64,000 nucleotides of DNA from an uncultured delta proteobacterium (GTDB taxonomy: Bacteria; Myxococcota_A; Polyangia; Polyangiales; Polyangiaceae). Shown in pieces: positions 11,594 to 25,662 of this stretch. The notes under the pieces were generated by a model that ran no database searches, was not told the origin of the DNA, and saw only the letters and a list, made by a program, of their open reading frames with translations. Where the stretch lies: assembly GCA_963696385.1 (NCBI GenBank), contig CAVOKF010000008.1, positions 672,001 to 736,000 of the forward strand, read 5' to 3'. The position numbers and the translations under genes were made by a program. The stretch's first letter is position 1. Each line of letters begins with the position of its first letter.

Positions 11594-12855
11594 AGTCGGC
11601 ATCTCGCGGCTCTACGGCCTGTTGGGTGGCGCTCTGGCTTTCGGCGGCCGGCTGCTCGTCGTCCGCGGGCGACAACGATCTGCCGATCGCCGGGGCTCCG
11701 TCATCGACCGACGCCGGTCGCGGCACGGAGGCCTCGGTCGGATCCGACGCCTCCGCGGGGATCGACAGCGGCGGGTCCAGCCGCGGTTCGGAGGGCGGCG
11801 CCACCACCGGCAGCTCCGACGGCGCCGCGAGCTCCGATGCCGCCGGCAGCTCCGACGGAGGTACGGAAGCCGGCAGCTCCGACAGCGGTACAGAGGCCGG
11901 CCCCTCCGACGGCGCCGCGAGCTCCGATGATGCCGCCGGGGCCGACAGCACCGTTTTCATGGGACCGGGTCTTCCGCCGGCCGTATGCGGTCCGGGCGCC
12001 CTGCTCGGCACTGGGACGGTGGTCGCGATTTCGACCGTGTCCGACGGCCTCGACGGCGGCGGCGCGGGCGGCGACGCCACCGTCCTGGCGCTCGACGGCA
12101 GCGCCGACGACGGCGGCATCGGCGTCGAGGACACGCTCGATTCCGTCACACCCGACGAACTGTCGATCGCGTGGACGGTCGGCCACGGCACGACGGCGAT
12201 TCTCGAGTACGCCGATCGCGACTCGACCGCCGTCGCGTTTGGCGCCCCGCAGGTGCTCGCCTCCGGACCCTACGCGGTCGACCGTGCCGCACTCAGCCCC
12301 GATGGGCTGCGGCTGGTGCTCATCACCGCGGGGGGCCAGGGCTTCACCGAATTGATCCGCAGCGCACGCGGCGATTCCTTCGGACCGGCCCCGAGCGAGG
12401 CCGGCCTGGGCAGCTACTCCAACTTCGAAATGGCCTCATCCGACGGGGGCTCGGAAGCCGCGGTCTACGGCGATCCGGTCCTCAGCGCCGACGACGAGGC
12501 CTTTTATTACTCCCTGACGCCGGGCGGCGGCACGCCGACCGTCTTTCGCAGCGCGCGCCTTCTCACGACGGACGCATGGCCGCCCGGAGCCGCTCTGCGC
12601 GGATCGGCCGGCAGCCTTGCGGGAAGGCCGACCGGCATCTCGAGCGACGGTCAGACTCTGTTCGTGAGCCCGATGTCCGGGACACTGGACGTCCTGTGGG
12701 TCGACGATTCCACCGACGTCTTCGGATCGGTCGTCGACTTGGGCGCTCTCACGTCGGCCGCGCCCAACCAAGCGTGCGACCGGCTGTACTACTCCTCGGC
12801 CCAGGGAACGGGCTCGGTCGACTTGTTCGTGGCGTCGTTCGTGGCCTCGGACTGA
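11590..12855 (+). CDS. Lipoprotein with low-complexity Ser/Asp/Gly/Ala linker and PD40/TolB-like repeats
   Basis: ATG overlaps upstream TGA (ATGA); lipobox LSAAG-C; repeats ALSPDGLRLV, PVLSADDEAFYYS, GISSDGQTLFV. Confidence 0.8.
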   Translation: MKSASRGSTACWVALWLSAAGCSSSAGDNDLPIAGAPSSTDAGRGTEASVGSDASAGIDSGGSSRGSEGGATTGSSDGAASSDAAGSSDGGTEAGSSDSGTEAGPSDGAASSDDAAGADSTVFMGPGLPPAVCGPGALLGTGTVVAISTVSDGLDGGGAGGDATVLALDGSADDGGIGVEDTLDSVTPDELSIAWTVGHGTTAILEYADRDSTAVAFGAPQVLASGPYAVDRAALSPDGLRLVLITAGGQGFTELIRSARGDSFGPAPSEAGLGSYSNFEMASSDGGSEAAVYGDPVLSADDEAFYYSLTPGGGTPTVFRSARLLTTDAWPPGAALRGSAGSLAGRPTGISSDGQTLFVSPMSGTLDVLWVDDSTDVFGSVVDLGALTSAAPNQACDRLYYSSAQGTGSVDLFVASFVASD

Positions 12856-12859
12856 GGCC

Positions 12860-14680
12860 TCACGGCCCCACCGCCGAGGCGCGGCGATCGCGCATGATGC
12901 GCACCCGCTCGAGCGCAATCTCGCGGTGCAGTTCGAGCAGCTTCGGAAAGGTCGGTCCGAGCGTCTCGAAGAACGTTCCGATCGACTCGAGCTCGACCTT
13001 CCACTCGTCCAGGTCGATGTGCGTGGCCTCGTCCACCTGCTCGTGGGGAATGTCGAGACCGGACAGGTCGAGATCGCCCGCCTTCGGCACCCAGCCGAAG
13101 GGCGTCTCCTGGCCGCCGACGCGCAATCGCGCGCGGTCGACGATCCACTTGAGAACCCTCATGTTCTCGCCGTAGCCCGGCCACAAGAAGCGGCCCGACG
13201 GGTCTCTTCGAAACCAATTGACCAAAAACATCTTCGGCGGATTCACCATGCGCGCCTGCATGGCGAGCCAGTGGCTGAAGTATTCGCCCATGTCGTAGCC
13301 GCAGAACGGAAGCATCGCGAACGGGTCGCGCCGGACGACTCCGACCTTGCCGGCGGCCGCCGCGGTCGTTTCGCTGCCGAGGGTCGCGCCGAAGAACACG
13401 CCGTTCATCCAGTTGAAGGCTTGCATGACGAGCGGCACGGTCGTCGCCCGCCGCCCGCCGAACACAATCGCGCTGATCGGGACCCCGCGCGAGTCGTCCC
13501 AAAACTTGGACAGCACGGGGTTGTTCGTCGCCGGGGCGGTGAAGCGAGAGTTCGGATGCGCCGGCTTTTCCGTCGACACGCCGCGCCGCCACGGGCGCCC
13601 CTGCCAGTCGACGAGCTCCTCCGGCTCGTCGCCGTCTTTGCCCTCCCACCACACGTCGCCGTCCTTGGTGACGGCGACGTTCGTGAAGATCGTATCGTGC
13701 GAGATCATCTTCATCGCGTTGGGATTGGTGGTCGTGCTGGTCCCCGGTGCGACCCCGAAGTAGCCGGCCTCGGGGTTCATGGCATACAGCCGGCCGTCGT
13801 CGCCGATGTGCATCCACGCGATGTCGTCTCCGACCGTCCAGATTCGCCAGCCCCGAAATCGCTTGGGGGGAATCATCATCGCGAAGTTCGTCTTGCCGCA
13901 CGCGCTCGGAAACGCCGCGGCGACGTAGGTCGTCTCGCCCTCGGGCGACTCGACTCCCAGGATGAGCATGTGCTCGGCCAACCAGCCCTCGCGCCGGCCG
14001 AGATAGCTGGCGATGCGCAGAGCGAGGCACTTTTTACCGAGTAGAGCGTTGCCTCCGTAGCCGCTGCCGATGCTCCAGATCGTGTTGTCCTGCGGGAAGT
14101 GGCAGATGTAGCGGCGCAGAGGATTGCAATCGAGGGTCGAATGCAATCCGCGGTTGAAGTCGTCCGATCGGCCCAGCCGATCGAGGGCGACGCGGCCCAT
14201 GCGTGTCATGATGCGCATGTTGAGCGCGACGTAGACGCTGTCGGTGAGCTCGACCCCCACCTTGGAATAGGGCGAATCGAGCGGCCCCATGACGTAGGGC
14301 ACGACGTACATCGTGCGGCCCCGCATCGCCCCATCGAAGAGAGCGCCGAGACGCGCATAGGCTTCCTCGGGCGACATCCAGTTGTTCGTCGGGCCGGCCT
14401 CCTGTTGGGTCGGTGTGCAAATGAACGTCAGCTGCTCGACGCGGGCGACGTCGCCCGGGTTGCTGCGATGCAGGTAGCAACCGGGCAGAGTTCTCTGGTT
14501 TAGCGGCTGCAGGATGCCGTTCGCCACCGCTTCTTCGGTGAGGCGATGGCGTTCTTCTTCGCTGCCGTCGCACCACACCACGCGTGACGGCTTGGCCAGG
14601 CGCGCCATGTCGTCGACCCATTGGACGAGCGCAGCGCTGCGGGTGGGCGGGCTCCGAGATGGTTCAGTGAGCGACTCCAT
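12860..14680 (-). CDS. pckG: Phosphoenolpyruvate carboxykinase (GTP)
   Basis: [52 protein letters not shown]. Confidence 0.96.
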   Translation of the reverse strand: MESLTEPSRSPPTRSAALVQWVDDMARLAKPSRVVWCDGSEEERHRLTEEAVANGILQPLNQRTLPGCYLHRSNPGDVARVEQLTFICTPTQQEAGPTNNWMSPEEAYARLGALFDGAMRGRTMYVVPYVMGPLDSPYSKVGVELTDSVYVALNMRIMTRMGRVALDRLGRSDDFNRGLHSTLDCNPLRRYICHFPQDNTIWSIGSGYGGNALLGKKCLALRIASYLGRREGWLAEHMLILGVESPEGETTYVAAAFPSACGKTNFAMMIPPKRFRGWRIWTVGDDIAWMHIGDDGRLYAMNPEAGYFGVAPGTSTTTNPNAMKMISHDTIFTNVAVTKDGDVWWEGKDGDEPEELVDWQGRPWRRGVSTEKPAHPNSRFTAPATNNPVLSKFWDDSRGVPISAIVFGGRRATTVPLVMQAFNWMNGVFFGATLGSETTAAAAGKVGVVRRDPFAMLPFCGYDMGEYFSHWLAMQARMVNPPKMFLVNWFRRDPSGRFLWPGYGENMRVLKWIVDRARLRVGGQETPFGWVPKAGDLDLSGLDIPHEQVDEATHIDLDEWKVELESIGTFFETLGPTFPKLLELHREIALERVRIMRDRRASAVGP

Positions 14681-14740
14681 GGCGCTTCGAGCTCCGGTCG
14701 AAATTTAACCTATCACCGCGTGCAAGGCCCCGCCCGGGGG

Positions 14741-14884
14741 GTCGAGGTCGTGGTCGAGGTCGTGGTCGTGGTCGAGGTCGTGGTCGAGGTCGTGGTCGCG
14801 GTCGCGGTCGAGGTCGTGGTCGCGGTCGAGGTCGAGGTCGTGGTCGAGGTCGTGGTCGGCGTCGTGGTCGACGTCGCGGTCGAG
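14741..14884. repeat. Tandem hexamer tract (GTCGNN) x24
   Basis: 24 in-phase units with GTCG invariant and last two bases AG/TG/CG/GC/AC; intergenic between divergent pckG and the 14906 gene. Confidence 0.95.
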
Positions 14885-14905
14885 GGTGTTTGCTACCGTT
14901 TGCCC

Positions 14906-15613
14906 GTGAACCTGCGTCTCGGCGGCGTCCGGATCGCGTTTGCGGCATGCGCAGGCGGGCTCTTGGCTTGCGCCTCGTCTCCGCCGTTGCCGACGGTCGT
15001 GGTCCCTGTTTCCCCTCCCCGCGACGACGGCGAGTCGGCCGCAGGGGGCGAAGGCGGGGCACGGCACGCGGAGGCGCTCGAACAGCTCAAGGTGAGCCCG
15101 CTCGGCTGGCGAGCCGATTGGCAGAACAGCCTGCGTCTTCCCTTGCCCGATGCCGGCCGCTGGACGCGGGTGAAGTTCTGGGGGCTGCCGAGTCTTGCCG
15201 CCTTTCGGTACGGCAAAGCCCATCATGCGGTCATCGGCGGGTTCGTCGTGCACGTCCCGGACGAGACCGCGCCGGGCGCGTGCAGCACGGCCTTCGAGCG
15301 GACGGCCGAGCCCTTGGCCGAGTCGTTCGACGTCGTCATCGCACACGATAGGCCGCAAGCGATCCCTTGGTACGGCCGCATCGTCGACATCGATTCGCTC
15401 GTCGCGACGGCGCAGACGCTCGCGTTTCACGAACAGTACGCCGTCGCCTACGGCGCCTACCCCGCGTGGCATGGCGCGTGTCTGGTCCTCGGCATTGCGA
15501 TTCCGGCCCGGGGCGATCCGGGTCGCGCGAAGGCCGTGCGCGACCGCTTCGTCGCCCAGGTGCTGCCCAAAATCCGCGTGACGGCGCGCGACGAACCCAA
15601 GGAACGCGACTGA
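14906..15613 (+). CDS. Hypothetical lipoprotein
   Basis: GTG start then lipobox GLLA-C; coding-like GC3; the upstream VEVV part of the ORF-track entry is just the repeat tract. Confidence 0.7.
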   Translation: MNLRLGGVRIAFAACAGGLLACASSPPLPTVVVPVSPPRDDGESAAGGEGGARHAEALEQLKVSPLGWRADWQNSLRLPLPDAGRWTRVKFWGLPSLAAFRYGKAHHAVIGGFVVHVPDETAPGACSTAFERTAEPLAESFDVVIAHDRPQAIPWYGRIVDIDSLVATAQTLAFHEQYAVAYGAYPAWHGACLVLGIAIPARGDPGRAKAVRDRFVAQVLPKIRVTARDEPKERD

Positions 15614-15623
15614 GCGCCGCTCT

Positions 15624-16685
15624 CTAGGGTAGCTCGGAAGCGATCTCGCGCAGGGCAGCGGTCACTTGATCGAGCTGCGGGACGCTCGCGCGCTCGAGGG
15701 CGTCGGCGAGGCCGATGCCTGGGACGTGGGCGCCGGCGAGCAAGCGCGGCGCCGCGTGCAGCTCGTAGAAGAGCTCTTCGACGGTGCGGCGCAGCAGGTG
15801 CTCGCCGAAGTTGGTGACTTCCGTGTCCTCGTTCAGAAATAAGACCCGGCCGGTCTTGCGGACGCTGGCCTTGATGCGCTCCCAGTCGTACGGAGCGAGC
15901 GATCGCAGGTCGACCACCTCCGTCTCGACGCCCTCGGCGGCAGCCTGGTCGGCCGCCTGCAGGGCGACCGGGACCATGCGTCCGTAGGTGACGACCGTCA
16001 CGTCGCGCCCCTCGCGGCAGGTGTGGCCCTGTCCGATCGGCACGAACAGATCCTCGACGTCGGGCCAGCGAGGCCGCCACCGTGACCGATTGCCGAGCGG
16101 CGCGTCGATCATTTTGGAGAGCAAGCGGTCGTCGTCGGGCTCGCCCGGGATGCGTTGCCCGGGCCCGGCTTTCGCGCGCATGAGCGCCTTGGGCGCGAGG
16201 AACATGACCGGGTTCGGATCGGCGATCGCCGAGAGCATCAGCCCGTACGCGTCGAGCGGGTTGCTCGGCACGACCACCTTCCAACCCGCGATGCGCGTGG
16301 CCTGCGCGTCGAACGAGTGCGAGTGGTAGATGCTGCCGCGAATGCCGCTGCCGACCGGTGTCATCAGCACCATGGGGCAATTCCAGTCGCCGGCCGACGA
16401 CCAGCACATGCTGCCGGCGAGCTTCATGAGATCGATGGAGTTGAACGCGTAGTCGCAGAATTGAATCTCCGCGATGGGTCGCTGGCCGGCGAGCGCCAAG
16501 CCGATGGCCATGCCGAGGATCCCTCGCTCGTCGAGCGGGGTGTTCCAGGCCGTACGAATCCCCTGCGTCTGGGTGAAGACGCCGCCGAGCGGAGGGCCGA
16601 CGTCCTGGCCGAAGACGTCGGTGACGCCATGGCGCTCCTCGCCCACATGCAGAGCGAGACGGATGGCTTGGACGAGCGTGGCCAT
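15624..16685 (-). CDS. 2-oxo-acid (branched-chain) dehydrogenase E1 beta subunit
   Basis: FGQDVG..GGVF, NTPLDERGI, EIQFCDY, YHSHS, EVVDLRSLAP; start MATLVQAIR overlaps the alpha-subunit stop. Confidence 0.92.
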   Translation of the reverse strand: MATLVQAIRLALHVGEERHGVTDVFGQDVGPPLGGVFTQTQGIRTAWNTPLDERGILGMAIGLALAGQRPIAEIQFCDYAFNSIDLMKLAGSMCWSSAGDWNCPMVLMTPVGSGIRGSIYHSHSFDAQATRIAGWKVVVPSNPLDAYGLMLSAIADPNPVMFLAPKALMRAKAGPGQRIPGEPDDDRLLSKMIDAPLGNRSRWRPRWPDVEDLFVPIGQGHTCREGRDVTVVTYGRMVPVALQAADQAAAEGVETEVVDLRSLAPYDWERIKASVRKTGRVLFLNEDTEVTNFGEHLLRRTVEELFYELHAAPRLLAGAHVPGIGLADALERASVPQLDQVTAALREIASELP

Positions 16686-17809
16686 CAGTGCGACGTGCCG
16701 TTGGTCCCGCCCAGATCGGTCCCGCCGTGCGCCGACGGCGACGGCGATGGCTCGTGCAACCGATCGCGGTCGGCATACACGTGTTTCCAGATGTCGGCGC
16801 CGCGAGGCTGCGGTTCGTCGCGAATGCGCTTGCTGGCTTCGAGCAGCGCTTGCGTGATCTGAGCGCGCAGATCGGTCATCGCCGAGCGCGTCAGCACGTG
16901 GCGCTGCTCGAGCTCGTCTTCGAAGAGAGCCAGGCAATCGCGCTCGTCGGGCACGTGGTTGGCGCCCGAGGCCGAGGAGTGGCCGTACAAGCGCGACACC
17001 CGCGCCTCGAGCAGGAACGGCCGGCGCTCTGTGCGCACGTACTCCATGGCGCGACACAGCTCACGGTACGCGACTTCGGCGTCGTTGCCGTCGATGACGG
17101 CGCTCTTGATTCCGAACGCCTTGCAGCGGTCGGCGATGTGTTTCTCGGCGTGTTGCTCGGCGGTGGGCGTCGAGATGCCCCACGCGTTGTTGGCGATGAT
17201 CATGAGACAAGGAAGCTCGTGGCCGGGCCGCGAGCACCAGAGCAGGCAGGTGGCGAAGTCGCCCTCGGCGGTGCCGGCGTCGCCGCCTTGCACGATCGTG
17301 ATGCCACGGCCGCCGGCGCGCTTGTTGGCCGTCGCCGTGCCGGGCGCCATCGCGAATTGAACCTCGATGGGCGACGACACCGGCACCACGTTCCAGCGGC
17401 GCACCGAGTAGTGGTTGACGAAATTTCGGCCGGCCGAGTACGGATCGGTGGCGGTATTTTTCATTTGCCGCAGGGCATCCATCGGATCGGCGCCCATCGC
17501 GAGCAGGGTCGCCGTCGACCGGTAATGCAAGTGCAGGTAGTCGAAATCGGGCCCCTGCCCCTTGTGCACGAGCAGGCCGAGACTCGCATTGAGCGCTTCT
17601 TCGCCGGGACCGCCGACCCAAAAGAAGCCGTCGCCCTGCTTGTTCATGAGAATGAGGCGCTCTTCGAGGCAGCGGGCGCGCAGCATCACCTCGTGAATGC
17701 GCACGAGCCGCTCCGGCGCAATCGCCCCGGCTTCGCCGCCGGCCAGCGTGCAGGCGGGCTCGCGAGAAAGCAGCGTCGTCGCGTCGGAGCTTCCTTGAGC
17801 CACAGGCAT
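16685..17809 (-). CDS. 2-oxo-acid (branched-chain) dehydrogenase E1 alpha subunit, ThDP-dependent
   Basis: ThDP motif GDAGTAEGDF...NNAWGIST, DGND, RLYGHSS; coupled to E1 beta. Confidence 0.9.
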   Translation of the reverse strand: MPVAQGSSDATTLLSREPACTLAGGEAGAIAPERLVRIHEVMLRARCLEERLILMNKQGDGFFWVGGPGEEALNASLGLLVHKGQGPDFDYLHLHYRSTATLLAMGADPMDALRQMKNTATDPYSAGRNFVNHYSVRRWNVVPVSSPIEVQFAMAPGTATANKRAGGRGITIVQGGDAGTAEGDFATCLLWCSRPGHELPCLMIIANNAWGISTPTAEQHAEKHIADRCKAFGIKSAVIDGNDAEVAYRELCRAMEYVRTERRPFLLEARVSRLYGHSSASGANHVPDERDCLALFEDELEQRHVLTRSAMTDLRAQITQALLEASKRIRDEPQPRGADIWKHVYADRDRLHEPSPSPSAHGGTDLGGTNGTSH

Positions 17810-17916
17810 GGATCTAGCGCGAGCCGCTCGCTCTCGAAAGAAAGGTAACGGCTGCGGGCGGCGTTATATTAATGAAGCCGACGCGGATCGGACCCGCACC
17901 TCAGCCGCCACCTGCG

Positions 17917-21597
<3,681 letters not shown>

Positions 21598-21665
21598 GGG
21601 TCTCCTCGGGATGCGTCGCCCAAAGGCGAAGGGTCTCGAACGGGCAGGCCGCCCGGGTCAAGGCA

Positions 21666-22487
21666 TCAAGCGAACGCGAAAGGCTCCCGGTCGGCGGTGC
21701 TGCACGCGACCGCCACCCCCGGCAGGTGACTCATGAGGCGTCGCTGCAGAGCCCCGAGCACGCACCGCTCGCTGGCCGAATGCAGCGTGCAGACGACGGT
21801 GAGCCCCGCCGCGACGGCCCGGAGCGCGTCGTGGTGGCGCAGCTCTCCGGTCAGCATGAGCTCGACTCCCGCCTCAATCGCGTCGGGCAAAAGGTCTGCC
21901 CCGCTGCCGGCGCACACCGCTGCGCGCGTGACCGTCCGGTCGAAAGGCCCCGCCACCAGCACGTGCGACACTCCGAGCGACCGCTTGATGCCGGCGACCA
22001 AGGCCCGTACGGGCGAGGCCAGAACGGCCCCCACACGCCCGAAACCCGGCGCCGGATCGGGCAATCGGAGCAGGCGGGAGGCCGCGTCGGCCGCGACGCT
22101 CGCTCCGGACGCCGGCGCAGCGCGCAGCGGCGCCCGGTGCGTCATCGCAATCGCGTCGGCCAGAACGTCGTTGGTGCCCCCGGTTGCGGCGTCGAGCGCC
22201 GTGTGGGGCGAGAACACGGCGACGCCGGCGCGCGCCACCTCGTAGGCCATCGACCCGGCGACGAACGACTTTTGGGCGGCGAACAGAATCGGGTGATAGG
22301 TCACGATGGCGTCGCAGCCGTCGCGCCGCGCCTCCTCGACGACCGGCTGCGTGCAATCGACCGTGAGCAGAATGCGCGAAAGCGTGGCGGCGCCGTCGCC
22401 GACGAGCAGGCCGACGTTGTCCCACGACGCAGCGAACCGCGTCGGCGCGATCGCCTCCATCGCCTGGACGAGGTCCGTCACCTTCAT
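21666..22487 (-). CDS. Nif3-like dinuclear metal-center protein (YbgI family)
   Basis: WDNVGLLVG, TYHPILF, SPHTALD, CAGSG, TGELRHH, HSASER. Confidence 0.92.
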   Translation of the reverse strand: MKVTDLVQAMEAIAPTRFAASWDNVGLLVGDGAATLSRILLTVDCTQPVVEEARRDGCDAIVTYHPILFAAQKSFVAGSMAYEVARAGVAVFSPHTALDAATGGTNDVLADAIAMTHRAPLRAAPASGASVAADAASRLLRLPDPAPGFGRVGAVLASPVRALVAGIKRSLGVSHVLVAGPFDRTVTRAAVCAGSGADLLPDAIEAGVELMLTGELRHHDALRAVAAGLTVVCTLHSASERCVLGALQRRLMSHLPGVAVACSTADREPFAFA

Positions 22488-22583
22488 GACGAGCCGAACT
22501 TAGCTCCGGCCCCGGCCACGCGTCGAGGAGAGGCCGTGGCCGGCCACCCGGAGCGACGCTAGGCTCTCTCTCGAAAGGCTGCC

Positions 22584-23063
22584 ATGAAGATCGCGATCGG
22601 CGCCGACGAGAAGAACGCGCTGACCGAAGAGCTGATCCGCGATCTGCGCGCCCGCGGTCATGGTCTGCTGCTCTTCGGCGCCGTCGCCGAAGGCGATCCG
22701 GAAGTCGACTGGCCGCTGACCAGTGGCAAGGTCGCCCAGGCCGTCGCCGGCGGCCAGGCGGATCAAGGCATCGTTTGCTGTTGGACGGGCACCGGAGCGT
22801 CGATTGCGGCCAACAAGGTCGGCGGAGTGCGCGCCGCGCTGTGCGGCGACGCGGAGACGGCCAAAGGGGCGCGCATCTGGAACCACGCCAACGTGCTCGC
22901 ATTGAGCCTGCGGGCGACCTCGCCGGCGGTCGCCAAGGAAATCCTCGACGCCTGGTTTGCGACGCCGTGGTCTGACGACGAGTGGAACCGTCGCCAGATC
23001 GACCGGGTGCGCGATCTCGAAAACGAACGCGTGCCACACCCGGTCGCGGATCTCGGGCGCTGA
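22584..23063 (+). CDS. rpiB: RpiB/LacA/LacB family sugar-phosphate isomerase
   Basis: MKIAIGAD, CWTGTGASIAANK, RAALC, WNHANVL. Confidence 0.88.
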   Translation: MKIAIGADEKNALTEELIRDLRARGHGLLLFGAVAEGDPEVDWPLTSGKVAQAVAGGQADQGIVCCWTGTGASIAANKVGGVRAALCGDAETAKGARIWNHANVLALSLRATSPAVAKEILDAWFATPWSDDEWNRRQIDRVRDLENERVPHPVADLGR

Positions 23064-23092
23064 TTTCGGGCGCTGATTTCGGGCGCCGATTT
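23049..23092. repeat. 13-bp tandem repeat GATYTCGGGCGCY x3.4 spanning the rpiB stop codon
   Basis: gatctcgggcgct gatttcgggcgct gatttcgggcgcc gattt. Confidence 0.85.
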
Positions 23093-23106
23093 GGAAGCGC
23101 TCGGCC

Positions 23107-25662
23107 TTACTCGGCAGGGTCGGCCTTCGGCGCGACCGCCGTCGATTCCGCCCGGACGTGCGTGTCGATTCGCATGCCGTAGAAGCTGCGCCATACGAAG
23201 TAAAGGGCAATGGCGAAGCACACGGCCGAGACGACGGCGGTCGTGTCCCGGGCGATCGGATGCGCCTCGTCGTTCGCGAGCTCGACGGCCAGCAAGCCGA
23301 AGAGCGTCGTGAACTTGATGATGGGGTTCATCGCGACGCTGCTCGTGTCCTTGAACGGATCGCCGACGGTATCTCCGACGACGCAGGCGTCGTGCAGCGG
23401 CGAGCCCTTCTCCTTGAGCTCGACCTCGACCACCTTCTTGGCGTTGTCCCACGCGCCCCCGGCGTTGGCCATGAACAGGGCCTGGAACAGGCCGAACAGA
23501 GCGATCGAGATGAGATAGCCGACGAAGAAGAATGGATCGAGAAACGCAAACGCCAGAGTGCAGAAGAAGACGACCAGGAAGATGTTGAACATGCCCTTCT
23601 GCGCGTACGTCGTGCAAATCTCGACGACCTTCTTGCTGTCGGTGATCGACGCCTTCTCGACTCCCTCGAGTTTGATGTTCGCCTTGATGAACTCGACCGC
23701 GCGGTAGGCGCCGGTCGTCACCGCCTGAATGCTCGCACCGGTGAACCAGTAGATGACCGACCCGCCGGCGATCAGGCCGAGCAGAAACGGCGGATACAAG
23801 AGAGACAGCTTCTGGATCTTCTCGGCGCTCGTCAGCCCGTCGGTGAGCAAGACGATGATGGCGAAGATCATCGTGGTCGCGCCGACCACCGCCGTGCCGA
23901 TGAGAACCGGTTTGGCCGTCGCCTTGAACGTGTTGCCGGCACCGTCGTTTTCTTCGAGCAAATGCTTGGCGCGCTCGAAGTTGACGTCGAAACCGAACTG
24001 CTTTCGGATCTCCTCTCGCACGTTCGGGACGCTCTCGATGACCGACAGCTCGAAGATGCTCTGAGCGTTGTCGGTGACCGGACCGTAGGAATCGACCGCC
24101 AGCGTCACGGGCCCCATTCCGAGGAAGCCGAAGGCGACCAGGCCGAAGGCGAACACGGGCGCGACGTCGGTGCCGCCGACGGTCATCGTCGCGCCGAGGC
24201 CGAGCTGGCTGACCAGGTACGCGACGCCCATCAGCACCAGAAGGACGATGCCCATCCAGAACGCGCTGAAGTTGCCGGCGGTCAGTCCGGACAAGATGTT
24301 GAGCGATGCGCCGCCTTCGCGCGCGGACGTCACGATCTCGCGGACGTGGGCGCTCTCGGTCGAGGTGAAGATCTTGATGAGTTCGGGGATGATCGCGCCG
24401 GCGAGCGTGCCGCACGTGATGATGACCGACAGCTTCCACCACTGGCTGTCGTCGCCGCTCAGCATGGGGATGAGCGCATACGAGGCGGCAAACGTGAAGA
24501 GCACCGACACGAGCGAGGTGATCCACACGAGCTGCGTCAGCGGCGCCTCGAAGTTCATCTTGTCGGCGTTGCCGTAGCGCGCCTTGGTGATCCACTCGTT
24601 GACGAAGTAGCTGATGGCGCTCGAGATGATCATCAAGATCCGCATGACGAAGATCCAGGTCAGAAGCTGGACCTGGACGATCGGACTGCCGACGGCCAGC
24701 AGGATGAACACGATGAGCGCGACGCCCGTGACTCCGTAGGTCTCGAAGCCGTCGGCGCTCGGGCCCACGGAGTCGCCGGCGTTGTCGCCCGTGCAATCGG
24801 CGATGACGCCGGGGTTGCGCGCGTCGTCTTCTTTGATCTTGAAGACGATTTTCATCAAGTCCGAGCCGATGTCGGCGATCTTCGTGAAGATTCCGCCCGC
24901 CACGCGCAGCGCGGCCGCACCGAGCGACTCGCCGATGGCGAAGCCGATGAAGCACTTGCCGGCGTACTCGTGCGGCACCATCGTCAGGATGGCGAGCATG
25001 AACGCGAGCTCGATGCTGATGAGCAGCATGCCGATGCTCATGCCCGCCTTGAGCGGGATGGCGTACACGGGGTACGGCTTGCCCCGCAGGCTGGCGAACG
25101 CCGTCCGCGAGTTGGCAAACGTGTTCACGCGGATGCCGAAGAGCGCGACGGTGGCGCTGCCGGCGATTCCGATGATGCTGAAAAGCAGGATGAGCAAAAC
25201 GACGCCGGGTGCCTCACCCTTCAGGACGCCGTAATAGACGACGATGACGGCGCCGATGAAAAGCCACAGCAGGCCGAGAAATTTCGCCTGCGTAATCAAA
25301 TACGTCTTGCAGGTCTCGTAAATGAGCTCGCTCACTTCGAGCATCGCCTTGTGCACGGGCGCGTTCTTCAGCTGAAAGAAGATGACCATGCCGAAGACGA
25401 CCCCGAGCGCGGAGACGATCAGCCCGAGCATGAGCAGGTGGCTCGCGGGCAGACCGAAGAACTCGAGCGTGTCGATCTGGGCGGGCACGACGAGCGAGTC
25501 CTCGCCGGCGCCGTGGTGAGCGACGACCGGCACGGCGCCCGCCGTCAGACGCTGGGCAAATGCCGAGACGCCGAGCAGCAACAAGAACAGGAGCGTCGCG
25601 GAAGCAAGAACAGGCCGTAGATAACGGCCTCCCCGCGCGCTCTGTGACGAAATGGACTTCAT
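23107..25662 (-). CDS. hppA: Membrane-bound ion-translocating pyrophosphatase (K+-independent signature)
   Basis: GGIFTKIADIGSDL, EDDARNPGVIADCTGDNAGD, GNTFKA, GGAWDNAKK, GDTVGDPFKDT; many TM helices; start placed at MKSISS. Confidence 0.93.
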   Translation of the reverse strand: MKSISSQSARGGRYLRPVLASATLLFLLLLGVSAFAQRLTAGAVPVVAHHGAGEDSLVVPAQIDTLEFFGLPASHLLMLGLIVSALGVVFGMVIFFQLKNAPVHKAMLEVSELIYETCKTYLITQAKFLGLLWLFIGAVIVVYYGVLKGEAPGVVLLILLFSIIGIAGSATVALFGIRVNTFANSRTAFASLRGKPYPVYAIPLKAGMSIGMLLISIELAFMLAILTMVPHEYAGKCFIGFAIGESLGAAALRVAGGIFTKIADIGSDLMKIVFKIKEDDARNPGVIADCTGDNAGDSVGPSADGFETYGVTGVALIVFILLAVGSPIVQVQLLTWIFVMRILMIISSAISYFVNEWITKARYGNADKMNFEAPLTQLVWITSLVSVLFTFAASYALIPMLSGDDSQWWKLSVIITCGTLAGAIIPELIKIFTSTESAHVREIVTSAREGGASLNILSGLTAGNFSAFWMGIVLLVLMGVAYLVSQLGLGATMTVGGTDVAPVFAFGLVAFGFLGMGPVTLAVDSYGPVTDNAQSIFELSVIESVPNVREEIRKQFGFDVNFERAKHLLEENDGAGNTFKATAKPVLIGTAVVGATTMIFAIIVLLTDGLTSAEKIQKLSLLYPPFLLGLIAGGSVIYWFTGASIQAVTTGAYRAVEFIKANIKLEGVEKASITDSKKVVEICTTYAQKGMFNIFLVVFFCTLAFAFLDPFFFVGYLISIALFGLFQALFMANAGGAWDNAKKVVEVELKEKGSPLHDACVVGDTVGDPFKDTSSVAMNPIIKFTTLFGLLAVELANDEAHPIARDTTAVVSAVCFAIALYFVWRSFYGMRIDTHVRAESTAVAPKADPAE

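Noticed and set aside
11810..11940. Internal DNA repeats in lipoprotein genes (also 42375-42415)
   Set aside because: In-frame low-complexity Ser/Asp/Gly/Ala linkers typical of these lipoproteins, not separate elements
14621..14905. VEVVVEV, PRPRPR and DHDLDHD ORF segments
   Set aside because: They are translations of the non-coding hexamer tract; the lipoprotein signal starts at 14906
21598..21665. Possible SAM or cobalamin riboswitch before metH
   Set aside because: The gap is only 68 nt and has no recognisable conserved aptamer motifs
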